Assembly: GCA_965216565.1 (NCBI GenBank)
Contig: OZ244170.1
Location: forward strand, 2,592,001-2,656,000
Origin: Bythopirellula sp.
GTDB lineage: Bacteria > Planctomycetota > Planctomycetia > Pirellulales > Lacipirellulaceae
Length of the DNA: 64,000 nt
Direction: 5' to 3'
Position 1 is the first letter of the stretch. Each line of letters begins with the position of its first letter. Of this stretch, positions 29,636 through 40,232 are shown one piece after another. The notes below the pieces were generated by a model. It was given only the letters and a program-made list of their open reading frames with translations. It was not told the DNA's origin and searched no databases. Made by a program: the position numbers and the translations under genes.

Positions 29636-30721
29636 GTGGCTGAACAGTCGGGCGACAAAACGCAAGATGCAACACCGCATCGCCGCCAACAGGCCCGCGA
29701 GAAGGGTCAGGTTGCGTTCAGCCAAGACTTGGGATCCGCTGTGGTCCTAGTGGCCGGCGTATTGCTGCTAAGGATGTGGGGTGGCGCGGTCGTGGATGCT
29801 TCAGGCAAGCTCATGCGGTATCAGCTGGGCACCGTCACTCCCTTGGAAGCCCAACGCGGCGAACTTCTTACACAGGCCCACAATATTGTGGTCATGTTCG
29901 GAACGGCGCTATTGCCTGTTCTCGGACTCTTAGCGGTTTCCGGAATCCTAAGCAGTGTTTTTCAAGTCGGCATACTCTTTGTGCCCGATCGACTCCAGCC
30001 TGATGTTAAGAGGTTAAGCATACTTAGTGGATTGAAGCGCATTTTCTCTATCTCTGGAATTATGCGGCTGAGTTTTGGCATGTTCAAAGTAACGGTGGTC
30101 TCAGTTGTAGCCGCCGCCGTTCTCTATCAGCGCCGCGAGCAAGTGCTCCTGGCAAGTGCGCTTTCTATCAACGAATTGGCCGTACTGATAATCGATACAG
30201 CACTGACCACCGCTCTGTGGGTCGGATTGGCACTGTTTGTCCTCGCGCTGTTCGATTTTGCATTTCAGAAATGGAAACACGAGCAAGACCTGAAAATGAC
30301 ACGTCAGGAAGTGCAAGACGAAATGAAAAACTTGCAAGGCGATCCGCAGGTGATTGCCCGCCGTCGTGCCGTCCAAAGACAACTAGCACTGAACCGAATG
30401 GGCGATACGGTTCCCAAGGCCGACGTGGTGGTCACGAATCCCACAGAACTTGCAGTAGCAATTCAATACGATCCCGAGCAGATGAAGGCCCCGGTTGTCA
30501 TTGCCAAGGGTGCTGGGCTGATTGCTCAACGTATTCGACGCTTAGCGCTCGAAAACAACGTGCCCGTAGTGGAACGCAAACCACTAGCGCAGCTGCTCTA
30601 CAAAGAGGTCGAGATCAATCATCCCGTACCCGACCAAAGCTACGCCGCCGTGGCGGAAGTCTTGGCCTACGTCTACCAGTTGAAGGGCAAGAAACCGCCG
30701 AAGACCAGACTCGCCGCTTAG
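29636..30721 (+). CDS. flhB: Flagellar export switch protein FlhB
   Basis: DKTQDATPHRRQQAREKGQV, LKMTRQEVQDEMK..QGDP, VVTNPTELAVA (NP cleavage site), YAAVAEVLAYVY. Confidence 0.96.
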   Translation: MAEQSGDKTQDATPHRRQQAREKGQVAFSQDLGSAVVLVAGVLLLRMWGGAVVDASGKLMRYQLGTVTPLEAQRGELLTQAHNIVVMFGTALLPVLGLLAVSGILSSVFQVGILFVPDRLQPDVKRLSILSGLKRIFSISGIMRLSFGMFKVTVVSVVAAAVLYQRREQVLLASALSINELAVLIIDTALTTALWVGLALFVLALFDFAFQKWKHEQDLKMTRQEVQDEMKNLQGDPQVIARRRAVQRQLALNRMGDTVPKADVVVTNPTELAVAIQYDPEQMKAPVVIAKGAGLIAQRIRRLALENNVPVVERKPLAQLLYKEVEINHPVPDQSYAAVAEVLAYVYQLKGKKPPKTRLAA

Positions 30722-31893
30722 CCGTTCGAAACAGCAGGCTCTGTCTCATAGCCATAGCGTTCAAAATACCCAGCCCAACGCTCGCGCACCTTCTGACGTA
30801 ATCCATCGTCGAGCTGATAGTGATTCTTGCGATAGTTTTTCACGTCGGCTAAGTAATTGGCTATCGCTGGCTCCACCTTGGAAAAATCTCCTAGGTCGAG
30901 TTGATCGTACACTTGCTTCAGCTGACCGATGGGCTCATCGATCAAATCTTCGTAGCGAACATCGATAATCTGGTTGTCGGATAACGACTGGCGATCTTCC
31001 TCCAAAGCAGCATACATCCGCTCGTGACAGCGCAAGACATATTCTTCCAGCCAGTCTAAAGAGCCGAGCGATTGCATGCGCTGCACCTCATGCAGCGACT
31101 TCCAAAGATTCATGGTCGACACGAAAACTTCGTAAGGATTGCGAACGATATGTAAAAACTTGGCGCGGGGAAACATTTCCCGCAAGGTTTTAACCCGCGC
31201 CGTATGAGGAGGCGACTTCACCACAATACGGCGGTTGTCTCGGTAGGCGATTCTGCGAAAAAAGTTGTCGAGCGCATCCCGCCATTGCTGCTGTTCGGCA
31301 GAAGACAATTCCACCAGGTCGAGATACTCTTCGTGTTTAGGGCCCCGTTGGGGAAAAGCCATCGACAAGTACGGAGTACGAATGCCCAGGTTGCCCAGCG
31401 CGAATTCGTCTTCCTGCGGCCGCTGCCAACCCGCAGCCATGTTGTCCATGGGTCGTCGGCTGGGCAACAGGCCTTCGGTCCATGGCTTTACCCAGCTTTC
31501 AGTAAAAATGAAATGATGAGGTGCAAAACACTGATAGGTATTGGGGAACGTGTGCGCCGGATCGCGAATCAGCAATTCGTGTAAGAAAGTGGTTCCCGAT
31601 CGCCAGTGTCCGAGGATAAAGAGAGGCTCCTCGGAAAGTTCCACTTGAGCAACGCGGCGAGAATACAGCAACCGGTCCATCGCAGACAGGCTGCTATTGA
31701 CGCAACTCACGCCGGTGATGCTGAGCAAGGTATGAAGTCTAGTGAAACTGACATCGAACCGGTTTCGAGCCAGCATCGAGATCCAGGCACCCAGTCGCAT
31801 GCCATGCCAAAACCTGGGCGTGTACCAAGGGAGCGGATTCTTCACCACCCGTTCGCGACGCGTCGTCTCCAAGCGTTGGGACATCCGACTCAT
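30718..31893 (-). CDS. PAPS-dependent sulfotransferase (Sulfotransfer_3 / Stf3-like)
   Basis: 5'-PSB loop FILGHWRSGTTFLHELL, RRPMDNM...PQEDEF, KSPPHTAR, HIVRNPYEVFVS, VRYEDL. Confidence 0.9.
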   Translation of the reverse strand: MSRMSQRLETTRRERVVKNPLPWYTPRFWHGMRLGAWISMLARNRFDVSFTRLHTLLSITGVSCVNSSLSAMDRLLYSRRVAQVELSEEPLFILGHWRSGTTFLHELLIRDPAHTFPNTYQCFAPHHFIFTESWVKPWTEGLLPSRRPMDNMAAGWQRPQEDEFALGNLGIRTPYLSMAFPQRGPKHEEYLDLVELSSAEQQQWRDALDNFFRRIAYRDNRRIVVKSPPHTARVKTLREMFPRAKFLHIVRNPYEVFVSTMNLWKSLHEVQRMQSLGSLDWLEEYVLRCHERMYAALEEDRQSLSDNQIIDVRYEDLIDEPIGQLKQVYDQLDLGDFSKVEPAIANYLADVKNYRKNHYQLDDGLRQKVRERWAGYFERYGYETEPAVSNG

Positions 31894-31911
31894 ACTGGCT
31901 CTGATTACTCG

Positions 31912-33396
31912 CTAAGGAAGCGGTTGTGTGGAATCGCTTTCCTGGTGTTGTTCAAGTTTGGTAGGGTCCAGCGCATATTCTTCGCGATGGGTGCGCCGTG
32001 ACGAACGTAGGACTTGCATCCAGAAAATACCAAATGCCAACAAGACGCCCACTCCACCCACAATCGCCCAACCAGAAGAATACTGCGAGGAGGTTGTCAG
32101 CCAGACTGGCTCCGCCCCAATCACGACAGGAGTATACAGTTGCTGCTGTCGTGCTGTCTGCCCATCGGATTCAAGATTCTTACGGGTACGATAACGCCAA
32201 CTCTTGAAAAAAATGCCATCGACTCGCACATTCTCACGGATTTCGTCACCTGTGGGAAAACCTACCGGCAGTCTTGAGACGCAGCACACGACAGGGCGAT
32301 TCTGCGAATCGGAGGTGAACACTTCCAATTCATAGTACTCTTTAGCCTCCAGGTTTTCAGCCGCAGTTCGTACCGCCCGCCGAGCCAATCCTTCGATTCG
32401 CACGAGCTGACCCGTTACCTTTTCTGGCTGCAAGAAGAGAGGTGCCACGGAAGATACTTGCCGCGAGGCCTGTCTTTCAACCGCGGCCGCAATCGCCAGT
32501 CTTCGCTTAGTGCTTGTTACCGCTTCTTCTAGCTCCCGGCGGTTCTCGCTTTGACCAGCTTGTTTGAGTTGCTGACGAAGAGTTTCCAGTTCTCCCCTGC
32601 TTCGTGCGGCCTCGTTTTTCCACTGGCTGGCGACTTCGCCAATGCGTTGAGAGGCCAATTCCGCCATCTTATGGGGCCCCACATTGGCCAGCGCTGCCAA
32701 GCAAGCATAGAAGGCGTCACCCTCGCGGCTTACACTCGCTTTGACAAAGGGTTGGCGATGGCGGACTTCGTCGAGAAGCGAAACATCCATACCCTGCTGA
32801 GCGAGCAGAAGCAATCCCGCGGGGACGTCTCTATTGGGGTACCACTCGAGTCGATTTGTTAGCAGCAGCGGTTCGTCAGAACTGTCTGCCATGTGGCCCA
32901 ACGTCAGCCCTACGAATTGAACCGGTTCCCCTGCACCGGTATTGTCATCCCATCGGCTGGGAACTTGTGGTGCCAACACGTAGCCGAAAGTATGACTTGA
33001 ATTGACTTCGTACTTGCATAAATACATCTGCTCTGGAGCAGAGGCATCCGACAACTGGCTAGAGTTGTCGAGCTTGCGAAACGACACCAATTCTCCGCGC
33101 ACAGAGACTAAGCTACCCCTACTTGGCTTCGCCTCTTGAACGGCTGCCCACTCCTCCAGTTGATTGGCAGGAAACTGGCGGAGGCGGAAGAGTAGTTGTT
33201 GACACAATTGCCATTGAGACTCGTCCATAACAGGGCTGCCGCTGTGGTCCTGCACCGCTATGTTTGGCCAAAGGTTGGGATCAAGATCAGCCAAAGAAAG
33301 AACTTTTTCAAAATCATCGGCTTGTTCGGCAATCGCAGGCTGCACCAACAAGCAGAGACAGAGCCATACGCCCACAATCCTGCATGCCTTATTCAT
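31912..33396 (-). CDS. Hypothetical exported protein with C-terminal membrane anchor
   Basis: ATG 33396 overlaps the upstream stop by 8 bp; signal peptide ending PAIA; C-terminal TM WAIVGGVGVLLAFGIFW; shares a domain with the upstream gene. Confidence 0.75.
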   Translation of the reverse strand: MNKACRIVGVWLCLCLLVQPAIAEQADDFEKVLSLADLDPNLWPNIAVQDHSGSPVMDESQWQLCQQLLFRLRQFPANQLEEWAAVQEAKPSRGSLVSVRGELVSFRKLDNSSQLSDASAPEQMYLCKYEVNSSHTFGYVLAPQVPSRWDDNTGAGEPVQFVGLTLGHMADSSDEPLLLTNRLEWYPNRDVPAGLLLLAQQGMDVSLLDEVRHRQPFVKASVSREGDAFYACLAALANVGPHKMAELASQRIGEVASQWKNEAARSRGELETLRQQLKQAGQSENRRELEEAVTSTKRRLAIAAAVERQASRQVSSVAPLFLQPEKVTGQLVRIEGLARRAVRTAAENLEAKEYYELEVFTSDSQNRPVVCCVSRLPVGFPTGDEIRENVRVDGIFFKSWRYRTRKNLESDGQTARQQQLYTPVVIGAEPVWLTTSSQYSSGWAIVGGVGVLLAFGIFWMQVLRSSRRTHREEYALDPTKLEQHQESDSTQPLP

Positions 33397-34381
33397 GACT
33401 ATCACCACTAGGATCCTTCGTAGGCAGATTCCCTTCGGCAAGATGCTTGGGTAGCTCACTGTAAGCGCTTGCCGGCCGCATCGTGCGTCGCACAGCAAGC
33501 CACACGACGCCCAACGACAAAACACCTGCAGCAGTTGCCGCCCATAAGAGTTGGACGACTGGCAACTGCTTGATGGCCGTATTCGCAGGTGGCTTACTCC
33601 ACTCGAAGGAGTTCGCCAGCACCACCGGTGCCAAACCTAAACCTTCGTCATAAGAGTAAGACCAGTTTTTGAAGAAGCTGCCAGGAATGCTCACATTGAC
33701 GTTTAGATGATCTCCCCGAGGGAACTCATCGGGAAGCTCTCGACAAAAAACCACAATTGGCCACTGTCCGCCCCCCTTGGGACTGACCCAAAGACGGTGA
33801 TATTCCTCGATGTCCAATGCGTTGGGGCCGGGTCGCTGAAGTTCTTCTCGGACCACGTTTCCACTAACCGTTACGATCTGGTGACGATATTCCTCAGGTT
33901 GGTTGACGAATTGTGCATAAGCAACCTCGCCCAAGCTCTCTGCAATGAGCTGATCGGGCGGCGTTTTTTCTAACTTTCGGAATACTTCAAACCAAGCTTC
34001 CCGTTCCTCCGGGCGAAAGTAGGTATTGTCTTCAATATCGTCTGTCGCTGCCTGATCGTTTTCCGTTGTAGCTTGAGTGGTACGAATCGCACTCACAGGC
34101 TTCGTAGCCTCCAACGAACTGTCGTCACGCACGGCTCCGTCGGAGGGTGAATCAATTCTGCCTGAGATCTTCTCGGCACGATCATTGGAGAGACTGGCAT
34201 CGGACAGACTGGTATCAGAAACCCCAAACAGCTGGTCTAATCGCTCGATAGTTTCATCTTTCCGAAGCTGATTCATCGCGGCCAGCACAATCCCCAAGGA
34301 GCCTACCAACATCCAGAGTCGCAGCCGGTTGCGTCCCGCCATGCCAGATTTGTTTGTGGTCGTACCGACGTCAAATCGCAT
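33389..34381 (-). CDS. Hypothetical membrane protein (N- and C-terminal TM)
   Basis: Probable ATG 34381 (MRFDVG); TM LWMLVGSLGIVLAAM and LLWAATAAGVLSLGVVWLAV; domain paralogous to the downstream gene. Confidence 0.75.
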   Translation of the reverse strand: MRFDVGTTTNKSGMAGRNRLRLWMLVGSLGIVLAAMNQLRKDETIERLDQLFGVSDTSLSDASLSNDRAEKISGRIDSPSDGAVRDDSSLEATKPVSAIRTTQATTENDQAATDDIEDNTYFRPEEREAWFEVFRKLEKTPPDQLIAESLGEVAYAQFVNQPEEYRHQIVTVSGNVVREELQRPGPNALDIEEYHRLWVSPKGGGQWPIVVFCRELPDEFPRGDHLNVNVSIPGSFFKNWSYSYDEGLGLAPVVLANSFEWSKPPANTAIKQLPVVQLLWAATAAGVLSLGVVWLAVRRTMRPASAYSELPKHLAEGNLPTKDPSGDSHE

Positions 34382-34663
34382 AATGGATGGATAGAAAACA
34401 AGAGTGAAATTCGAGGCTAAAAAATTCGTAATGGTCTGCCTAACCAATACCCCTTCGCTATTTTTAAGTGTAGCCCAACCGATGACACCTGGACAGTGAA
34501 ACGAAGCAACGAACAACGCCGCACGACGCCTAAAATAACAAGGCTCCGCTATCTGGTCTCTTAAGATTGATTGTGTAGAATGGGCATAGCGGAACAGATA
34601 GGCTTTTTTGCCGGGCCATGCTATTGGTCTCTCCACGGCTCGATTACCCCGGAAGGCGACTTT

Positions 34664-37600
34664 GTGGTTTCGTCTTTGCGTTTTTTATGTGCACCGGCTC
34701 TCTTTGAAAGCGCCCGATCTCTTGGTGTGCTGCTCGCGTTTGCTTCTTTAGGTATTGCCCTAACCTTGTCGCCAGCTCATGCGGCTGACGATATTGCTCA
34801 GGAATTCCTCGACGAGTTGAGGCAACGCGGTTGGCACGAGGTAGCTCTGGAGTATTTAGAAACTGCCGACGAGGACCCGATCGCCTCCGCAGCTTTTCTC
34901 GATCGCGTCGACTACGAGAAGGCCCTCACCTTAGCGGCAATGGCACAGGAATCGATGCGGGATTCGGAGCGAACCCGCCTTTACGATCGCTCGATCAAGT
35001 TGCTCGAAGAGTATGCCTCGGCGCATCGCGAGACGAAGTATTATTACGAAGCTTCCAGCCGCGCCGCGAAGATGCTTGCCGAGCAGGCGCGCGGAAAACT
35101 GAACGCCGCAAAATTGCTTCCAGAGAGCGCCCAACGACGCGACCTATTAACTGAGGCGCGGGCAAGACTCCAGAAGTCCTCCGATATTCTCAGCGAACTC
35201 TTAGCAGCCACTTCACGAAAGCTAGATTCATTGCCTAAGGGGGCACTGAGCCACAAAGACCCAGAGATTAACAAGACACGTCAACGGCTTGCCACAACAC
35301 AAGCAGAAGCCCGATTTCTGGCTGCTAACTTAATCTTCGAAACCGCAGAGACCTACCCGGAAGGTTCTGCCGAATATCGAGACAGCTTGGAGTCTGCCGC
35401 TGAATCATTTGCTCAACTTCACAAGGATTACGAAGAAAAGCTGGTCGGCTTTTTTGGTCGGTTGTTCGAAGGTCGTTCCCGTCAGTCGCTGGCCCAGTGG
35501 AAAGAAGCACTCAAGTGTTACGACGATCTAGTTCGGCAGCCCATTTCCAATCCTGAGTTTCGCAAACTGGTGGCTCGGGCCTATCGCCGTCGAGCTGAGT
35601 GCCTAGTTGCCACAGGCAAGCTGGAAGAGGCTATCGAAGAATGCGATGATTGGCTGCAGCAGTCTCGCGCTAGCGAACGCAAAGAACCCGAATGGCTGGC
35701 AGTCTCTTACCGGTTGGGGGAAGCCCTCCAACAGCAGTCGCTCCAAGTGACTGGCAGCGAATCGACTCGACTCGAATCTGAATCTCGTCAGTTGATGCGA
35801 GAAGTTGCACGACATACGGGGGAGTTCCAAGCCGTTGCCAAAGCATCGCTCGCTTCTTCCGGGCGATCCGAAGACATCGATCCGATCGACGCCGAAGATT
35901 TCGACCAGGCATTCCAGGCCGGCAAAGATGCATTAGATCGCATGAAGTCCTCGCAAATGGCAGCCAAGTTGGCCGCCAACAATAATCCCGAAGCCCAGCC
36001 AGTACTCGCCAGGCAGGCTGAGGAAAACAAGGCCGCTGCGAAACAGTTTTTCGAAATGGCCATCCGCTTGGCCGATGAAGATTCGCCCCCCGAGGACTTA
36101 CTTTCGGCCCAGTTTTATCTTTGTCTGTTCTATTGGGAAGAAGGCCAAACCTACGAAGCCGCCATCCTGGGAAGCTATCTAGCCCGCCAATATCCTGAGA
36201 GCAATTACGCGGCTAGCGCAGCAAAGGTCGCTTTAGTTGCTAAAGAAAAACTCTATCGCGAAGCGAGCAAGCGGGGTGAAGACACGGAGTACGAAGGAAC
36301 ACAACTGAGCGAGTTTGCTCAGTACGTCGCCCGGCGCTGGCCCAGTTCGGCCGAGGCCGGTGCCGCGGCTAGTTTGTTGATCCAAATTGCACTTGAGCAA
36401 GATCGTCTCGGAGACGCAGAGCAGATGCTCGAGCAACTACCCAAATCGAGTCGCGCCTCGGCTGAACTCAGCTTAGGCAGCACACTTTGGACACAGTATC
36501 TCAAAGCTATCCAAGCCAATGGTGGAAAGGCCAATGCAGAGTCGAAACAAACTCTCCAGCGCGCTGCCGAACTGCTTGCTTCTGGCTACCAGGGTCTCGA
36601 TCCAAGTTCAACACCTACCTCGCGTGAATTCAATGGAACCCTCTACTACCTTCAATTGTTGTTGAACCAGGACAATGCAAAGCGTGCAAAGGAAGTGCTA
36701 GAGAATCCGAACTATGGACCGTTGGCCGCGTTGAACCAGAAATCTGTCGACATCCTACCGATCTTCAGACTGGAAGCTTACAAGGCCGCGTTACGAACCT
36801 ACGCGTCGTTGGTCCCACCGCAACACGACAAAATTCGGCAAACAATGGATAGTTTGGAACAGTCTATTGGCGACGGGCCGAAAGCCTCGCAACAGCTCAC
36901 GCATATCTATCTCAATCTGGGCGGGCAATTGCAACGACAAATCGCCGAGCTCAAGGCACAAGGTAAAGCGGATCAATCAGAGAAGTTAGCCACTGTTTTT
37001 GAGGCTCTGCTAGAACGGATCACCAGCCGCGGCGATGCCAAGGCTTGGAGCATTCGCGCCTGGATTGCTCAAACCAACCTGCAACTGGGCGAAGGCCTTA
37101 GCGACGAAGCAGCGGCCCCCTATCTCAAGCAAGCTCAAGAGATGTATCAGGCGATGCTGGATGATGCTCGGAAAGATCCGAAGTATGCGCCTCGTCCCGA
37201 TGATATCTTGGCACTGCGAAAACAACTTGGCGATTGCCTTCGCGCGCAACGCAAGTTTGACGATGCCCTTAAGCAATACGAAGGCATTCTCAAGCAAAAG
37301 CCCAACAAGCCCGATCTGCAACGTTCCGTAGCCTTGATGCTCCAGGAATGGGGTAAGCATGAGCGGAGCCTCGACAAACTCAACGATGCCGTACGTGGGG
37401 CGATGCCTCAAACCAACAATAAGAATCTGGTTTGGGGCTGGCTGCGGTTGGCCTCGACGATCAATCGGGCAAAGCAAAGAGTAGCAGACAATCCGAGACT
37501 CGCAGCGAGATACAATGATCTGTTTTTCGAGGCACGGCTCAATGTAGCGAAAACACGACTCTATGCAGCCCAAATTTCATCTGGCGAAGATAAACAGAAA

Positions 37601-37720
37601 TTCTTGCAGTCTGCAAGCGACAATATTAAATCGATGGAAAGGCTCTACCCAGACCTGGGCGGCGCACAGTGGCAACGGGCCTTCACACAGCTAAAAAAAG
37701 AGATTGAAGCGGAAGGGTAA
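34664..37720 (+). CDS. Large exported all-helical/TPR-like protein
   Basis: GTG 34664 with GGAAGG RBS, signal peptide ending PAHA-ADD, about 1000 aa of TPR-like helices. Confidence 0.82.
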   Translation: MVSSLRFLCAPALFESARSLGVLLAFASLGIALTLSPAHAADDIAQEFLDELRQRGWHEVALEYLETADEDPIASAAFLDRVDYEKALTLAAMAQESMRDSERTRLYDRSIKLLEEYASAHRETKYYYEASSRAAKMLAEQARGKLNAAKLLPESAQRRDLLTEARARLQKSSDILSELLAATSRKLDSLPKGALSHKDPEINKTRQRLATTQAEARFLAANLIFETAETYPEGSAEYRDSLESAAESFAQLHKDYEEKLVGFFGRLFEGRSRQSLAQWKEALKCYDDLVRQPISNPEFRKLVARAYRRRAECLVATGKLEEAIEECDDWLQQSRASERKEPEWLAVSYRLGEALQQQSLQVTGSESTRLESESRQLMREVARHTGEFQAVAKASLASSGRSEDIDPIDAEDFDQAFQAGKDALDRMKSSQMAAKLAANNNPEAQPVLARQAEENKAAAKQFFEMAIRLADEDSPPEDLLSAQFYLCLFYWEEGQTYEAAILGSYLARQYPESNYAASAAKVALVAKEKLYREASKRGEDTEYEGTQLSEFAQYVARRWPSSAEAGAAASLLIQIALEQDRLGDAEQMLEQLPKSSRASAELSLGSTLWTQYLKAIQANGGKANAESKQTLQRAAELLASGYQGLDPSSTPTSREFNGTLYYLQLLLNQDNAKRAKEVLENPNYGPLAALNQKSVDILPIFRLEAYKAALRTYASLVPPQHDKIRQTMDSLEQSIGDGPKASQQLTHIYLNLGGQLQRQIAELKAQGKADQSEKLATVFEALLERITSRGDAKAWSIRAWIAQTNLQLGEGLSDEAAAPYLKQAQEMYQAMLDDARKDPKYAPRPDDILALRKQLGDCLRAQRKFDDALKQYEGILKQKPNKPDLQRSVALMLQEWGKHERSLDKLNDAVRGAMPQTNNKNLVWGWLRLASTINRAKQRVADNPRLAARYNDLFFEARLNVAKTRLYAAQISSGEDKQKFLQSASDNIKSMERLYPDLGGAQWQRAFTQLKKEIEAEG

Positions 37721-37724
37721 ATCA

Positions 37725-38798
37725 ATGAGTTCGACCAAAACGACTCGCCGAACGATCGGCAGGCGTCTCTGTCTGCTCGTAGCGTTGCAATTGGCATTGA
37801 TCACATTGGCAAGCGATGTGTGCTTAGCGCAAGGTTCGATCGACCGCGTCCGGCGCCGCACCGGGGTTGATACCGGTAAGATCAGCAAGGTCTCTGCGCT
37901 GGGAATCACCCTCGAAAAGAATGGCGTCGAGAAAAAGATTCCGGTCGAAGAAATCGTAAGTGTCTACTATTCCAATCAGCCGCAGCAACTCAAAGCCGCC
38001 AGCCAGGCGATTCTTCGCGGCAAACCCAAAGATGCTCTCGAGACGCTGGACAAGATCGACCGTAGCACCATTGGACGGGACGAGATTTTGCAGGAAATCG
38101 ATTTTATCTCGCTACGGGCTAAAGACAAACTGGCGCTTTCCGGCACAGGAAGCATGAAGTCCGTTGTCGAGCAAGCCAAAGACTTCCTTTCAAAAAACAG
38201 AAGTAGTTATCACGTTTCCGAGGTGATCGAGCTTTTGGGACAGGCTCATCTGGCAGCCGGAGATTCCGACGAAGCTCTCAATCAGTTTCGTAAGCTAGCC
38301 AAAGCACCTTCAAAGTTCTTTCGGGCTCGATCGTCGATACTGATCGGACGAGTGTTGCAACAGCAAGGAGATCATCAGGAAGCGCTGGCCGAATTTGACA
38401 AGGCACTCGCGGCGGCCAAAGACAATGCCGCAGCGGAAAGCGAACTTTTCAAAGCCACCCTGTACCGCGCAGTAAGCCAGTCGGCACTCGGCGATGTCGA
38501 GTCTGCCACGACCACTGTGAAATCCATAATTAAGCAAGCCGAGTCTAAGGACATCGAAGTCTTGGCCGCCGCCTACAACGCATTAGGCGATTGTTACCTA
38601 CAAAGTGACAAGCAAAAAGCAGCCCGCGACGCCTACCTGCATGTCGATTTGTTGTTCCATTCTTCCGATGAGCATCATGCGAAGGCCTTATACGAATTGT
38701 CTCGCCTGTGGACAGAGTTTGGTCACGAAGGGCGAGCGAGCGATGCCCGTGAGCGACTTATGAGGGAATACCCCGCAAGCCGATGGGCCAGAATGTAA
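37725..38798 (+). CDS. Exported TPR protein
   Basis: Signal peptide, short beta-rich N-domain, TPRs, C-terminal AYLHVDLLF...AKALYELSRLW...YPASRWA. Confidence 0.85.
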   Translation: MSSTKTTRRTIGRRLCLLVALQLALITLASDVCLAQGSIDRVRRRTGVDTGKISKVSALGITLEKNGVEKKIPVEEIVSVYYSNQPQQLKAASQAILRGKPKDALETLDKIDRSTIGRDEILQEIDFISLRAKDKLALSGTGSMKSVVEQAKDFLSKNRSSYHVSEVIELLGQAHLAAGDSDEALNQFRKLAKAPSKFFRARSSILIGRVLQQQGDHQEALAEFDKALAAAKDNAAAESELFKATLYRAVSQSALGDVESATTTVKSIIKQAESKDIEVLAAAYNALGDCYLQSDKQKAARDAYLHVDLLFHSSDEHHAKALYELSRLWTEFGHEGRASDARERLMREYPASRWARM

Positions 38799-38894
38799 CC
38801 GCGAAACCCCAATTGGATAATTGCCTTCCGACAGGTACATTATCAGTCATCCAATCAAGCCAAGTGGCCCGAGATCTGAGGAGATCAATTCGAA

Positions 38895-39710
38895 ATGCCC
38901 CACGCCTCCCAACGTCATGCATCCCTCTTTCATTCTGGCCGTTGGTGGAGAATCGCCATCGCTTGCAGTTGCCTCGCAGTTTTCTCCTGCTGCTTCGTTC
39001 CTTCGGCACCCGCTCAGGACGATGCAGCACCGGCTGCGGTGGAAGCAGACGCGGTCAGTGCCGAGGCGCAGAATGTGGAAATCAGCTACCTTTCCTGGGC
39101 ATTTAATTCGCTTGGTTTGTTCTTCGGTTTGATTTTTCTGCTTCTTTCATTCACGTTGGTGGCCCTGTTTGTGATGAATCTGCTCACTGCCCGACGCGAG
39201 AACGTGATTCCCTCCGACTTAGTGGCTGGTTTTGAGCAACACCTGGAAGCCCAACAATATAAAGAAGCTTACGAACTGGCACGTTCCGATCAGTCGTTTC
39301 TCGGACAGGTTCTAACAGCCGGCCTAGCAAAGGCTTCCAGCAATGGTTACGCCCAAGCCATCGAGGCGATGCAAGAGGTTGGCGAAGAAGAAAACATGCG
39401 GCTGGAACATCGACTCAGTTACCTGGCCTTAATTGGAACTTTGAGCCCGATGATCGGTTTGCTGGGAACCGTCTATGGCATGATCGATTCCTTTAAGTTG
39501 ATCGCCAACACTGCCACCGGGGCACCCGACCCGCAAGCTTTGGCACAGGGTATTTCCACGGCACTCTTCACAACACTGGTGGGGCTGGCCCTGGCGATTC
39601 CCGCATTGGCTGCTTACAACCTGCTCCGCAATCGAGTGGCTCGACTTGTCTTGGAAGTGGGCATCGTCAGCGAAGGGTTGATGAGCCGGTTCCAGAAGAA
39701 GTCTACCTAA
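38895..39710 (+). CDS. MotA/TolQ/ExbB proton channel family protein
   Basis: LSYLALIGTLSPMIGLLGTVYGMIDSF, LAQGISTALFTTLVGLALAIPA. Confidence 0.93.
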   Translation: MPHASQRHASLFHSGRWWRIAIACSCLAVFSCCFVPSAPAQDDAAPAAVEADAVSAEAQNVEISYLSWAFNSLGLFFGLIFLLLSFTLVALFVMNLLTARRENVIPSDLVAGFEQHLEAQQYKEAYELARSDQSFLGQVLTAGLAKASSNGYAQAIEAMQEVGEEENMRLEHRLSYLALIGTLSPMIGLLGTVYGMIDSFKLIANTATGAPDPQALAQGISTALFTTLVGLALAIPALAAYNLLRNRVARLVLEVGIVSEGLMSRFQKKST

Positions 39711-39767
39711 TTCCACTTTAGTTGTTGGTCGCTTTCGATTTTCTTAAAAGCTCCTGGAGCAACAGTC

Positions 39768-40232
39768 GTGCGAATTCGTCCCCGAGGTCCCCAAGGCATT
39801 GAAGAAGGTGACCTCACACCCATGATTGATATGACGTTTCAATTGATTGCCTTCTTCATGTTGGTGATCAATTTTTCGGACGTCGAGCAAGACCAGCGGA
39901 TCACGCTCCCGGCTAGCGAATTGGCCCAACCGCCCGAGGCACCCTACGATCAACCGTTAACTATCCACCTGACGGACGATGGTCGTTTCGTGTATGCCGG
40001 CAAGGAGCATTTGGAATTGGACCGCTTGCGTTCAGCCCTGCTTCGGGAAACACAGATCATCCTTCGCCATACGTCAAAAAGTATCGCCGATGTTACCGTG
40101 ATTATCCGTGCCGACGAGAGCGCCAAGACCGGACTCGTGCAAGAGATCATTCAAACCTGCCAAGAGCTGGAGTTCGAGAAATTTGCGTTAAGAGGCAAGA
40201 CGAGCTTAGACAGAACAATCGGAGGCGGATAA
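39768..40232 (+). CDS. ExbD/TolR family protein
   Basis: DLTPMIDMTFQLIAFFML, VIIRAD. Confidence 0.92.
   Translation: MRIRPRGPQGIEEGDLTPMIDMTFQLIAFFMLVINFSDVEQDQRITLPASELAQPPEAPYDQPLTIHLTDDGRFVYAGKEHLELDRLRSALLRETQIILRHTSKSIADVTVIIRADESAKTGLVQEIIQTCQELEFEKFALRGKTSLDRTIGGG

Noticed and set aside
34382..34663. Apparent overlap of ORFs 33389..34636 (-) and 34571..37720 (+)
   Set aside because: Artefact of longest-ORF starts; plausible starts at 34381 and 34664 leave a normal divergent intergenic region.
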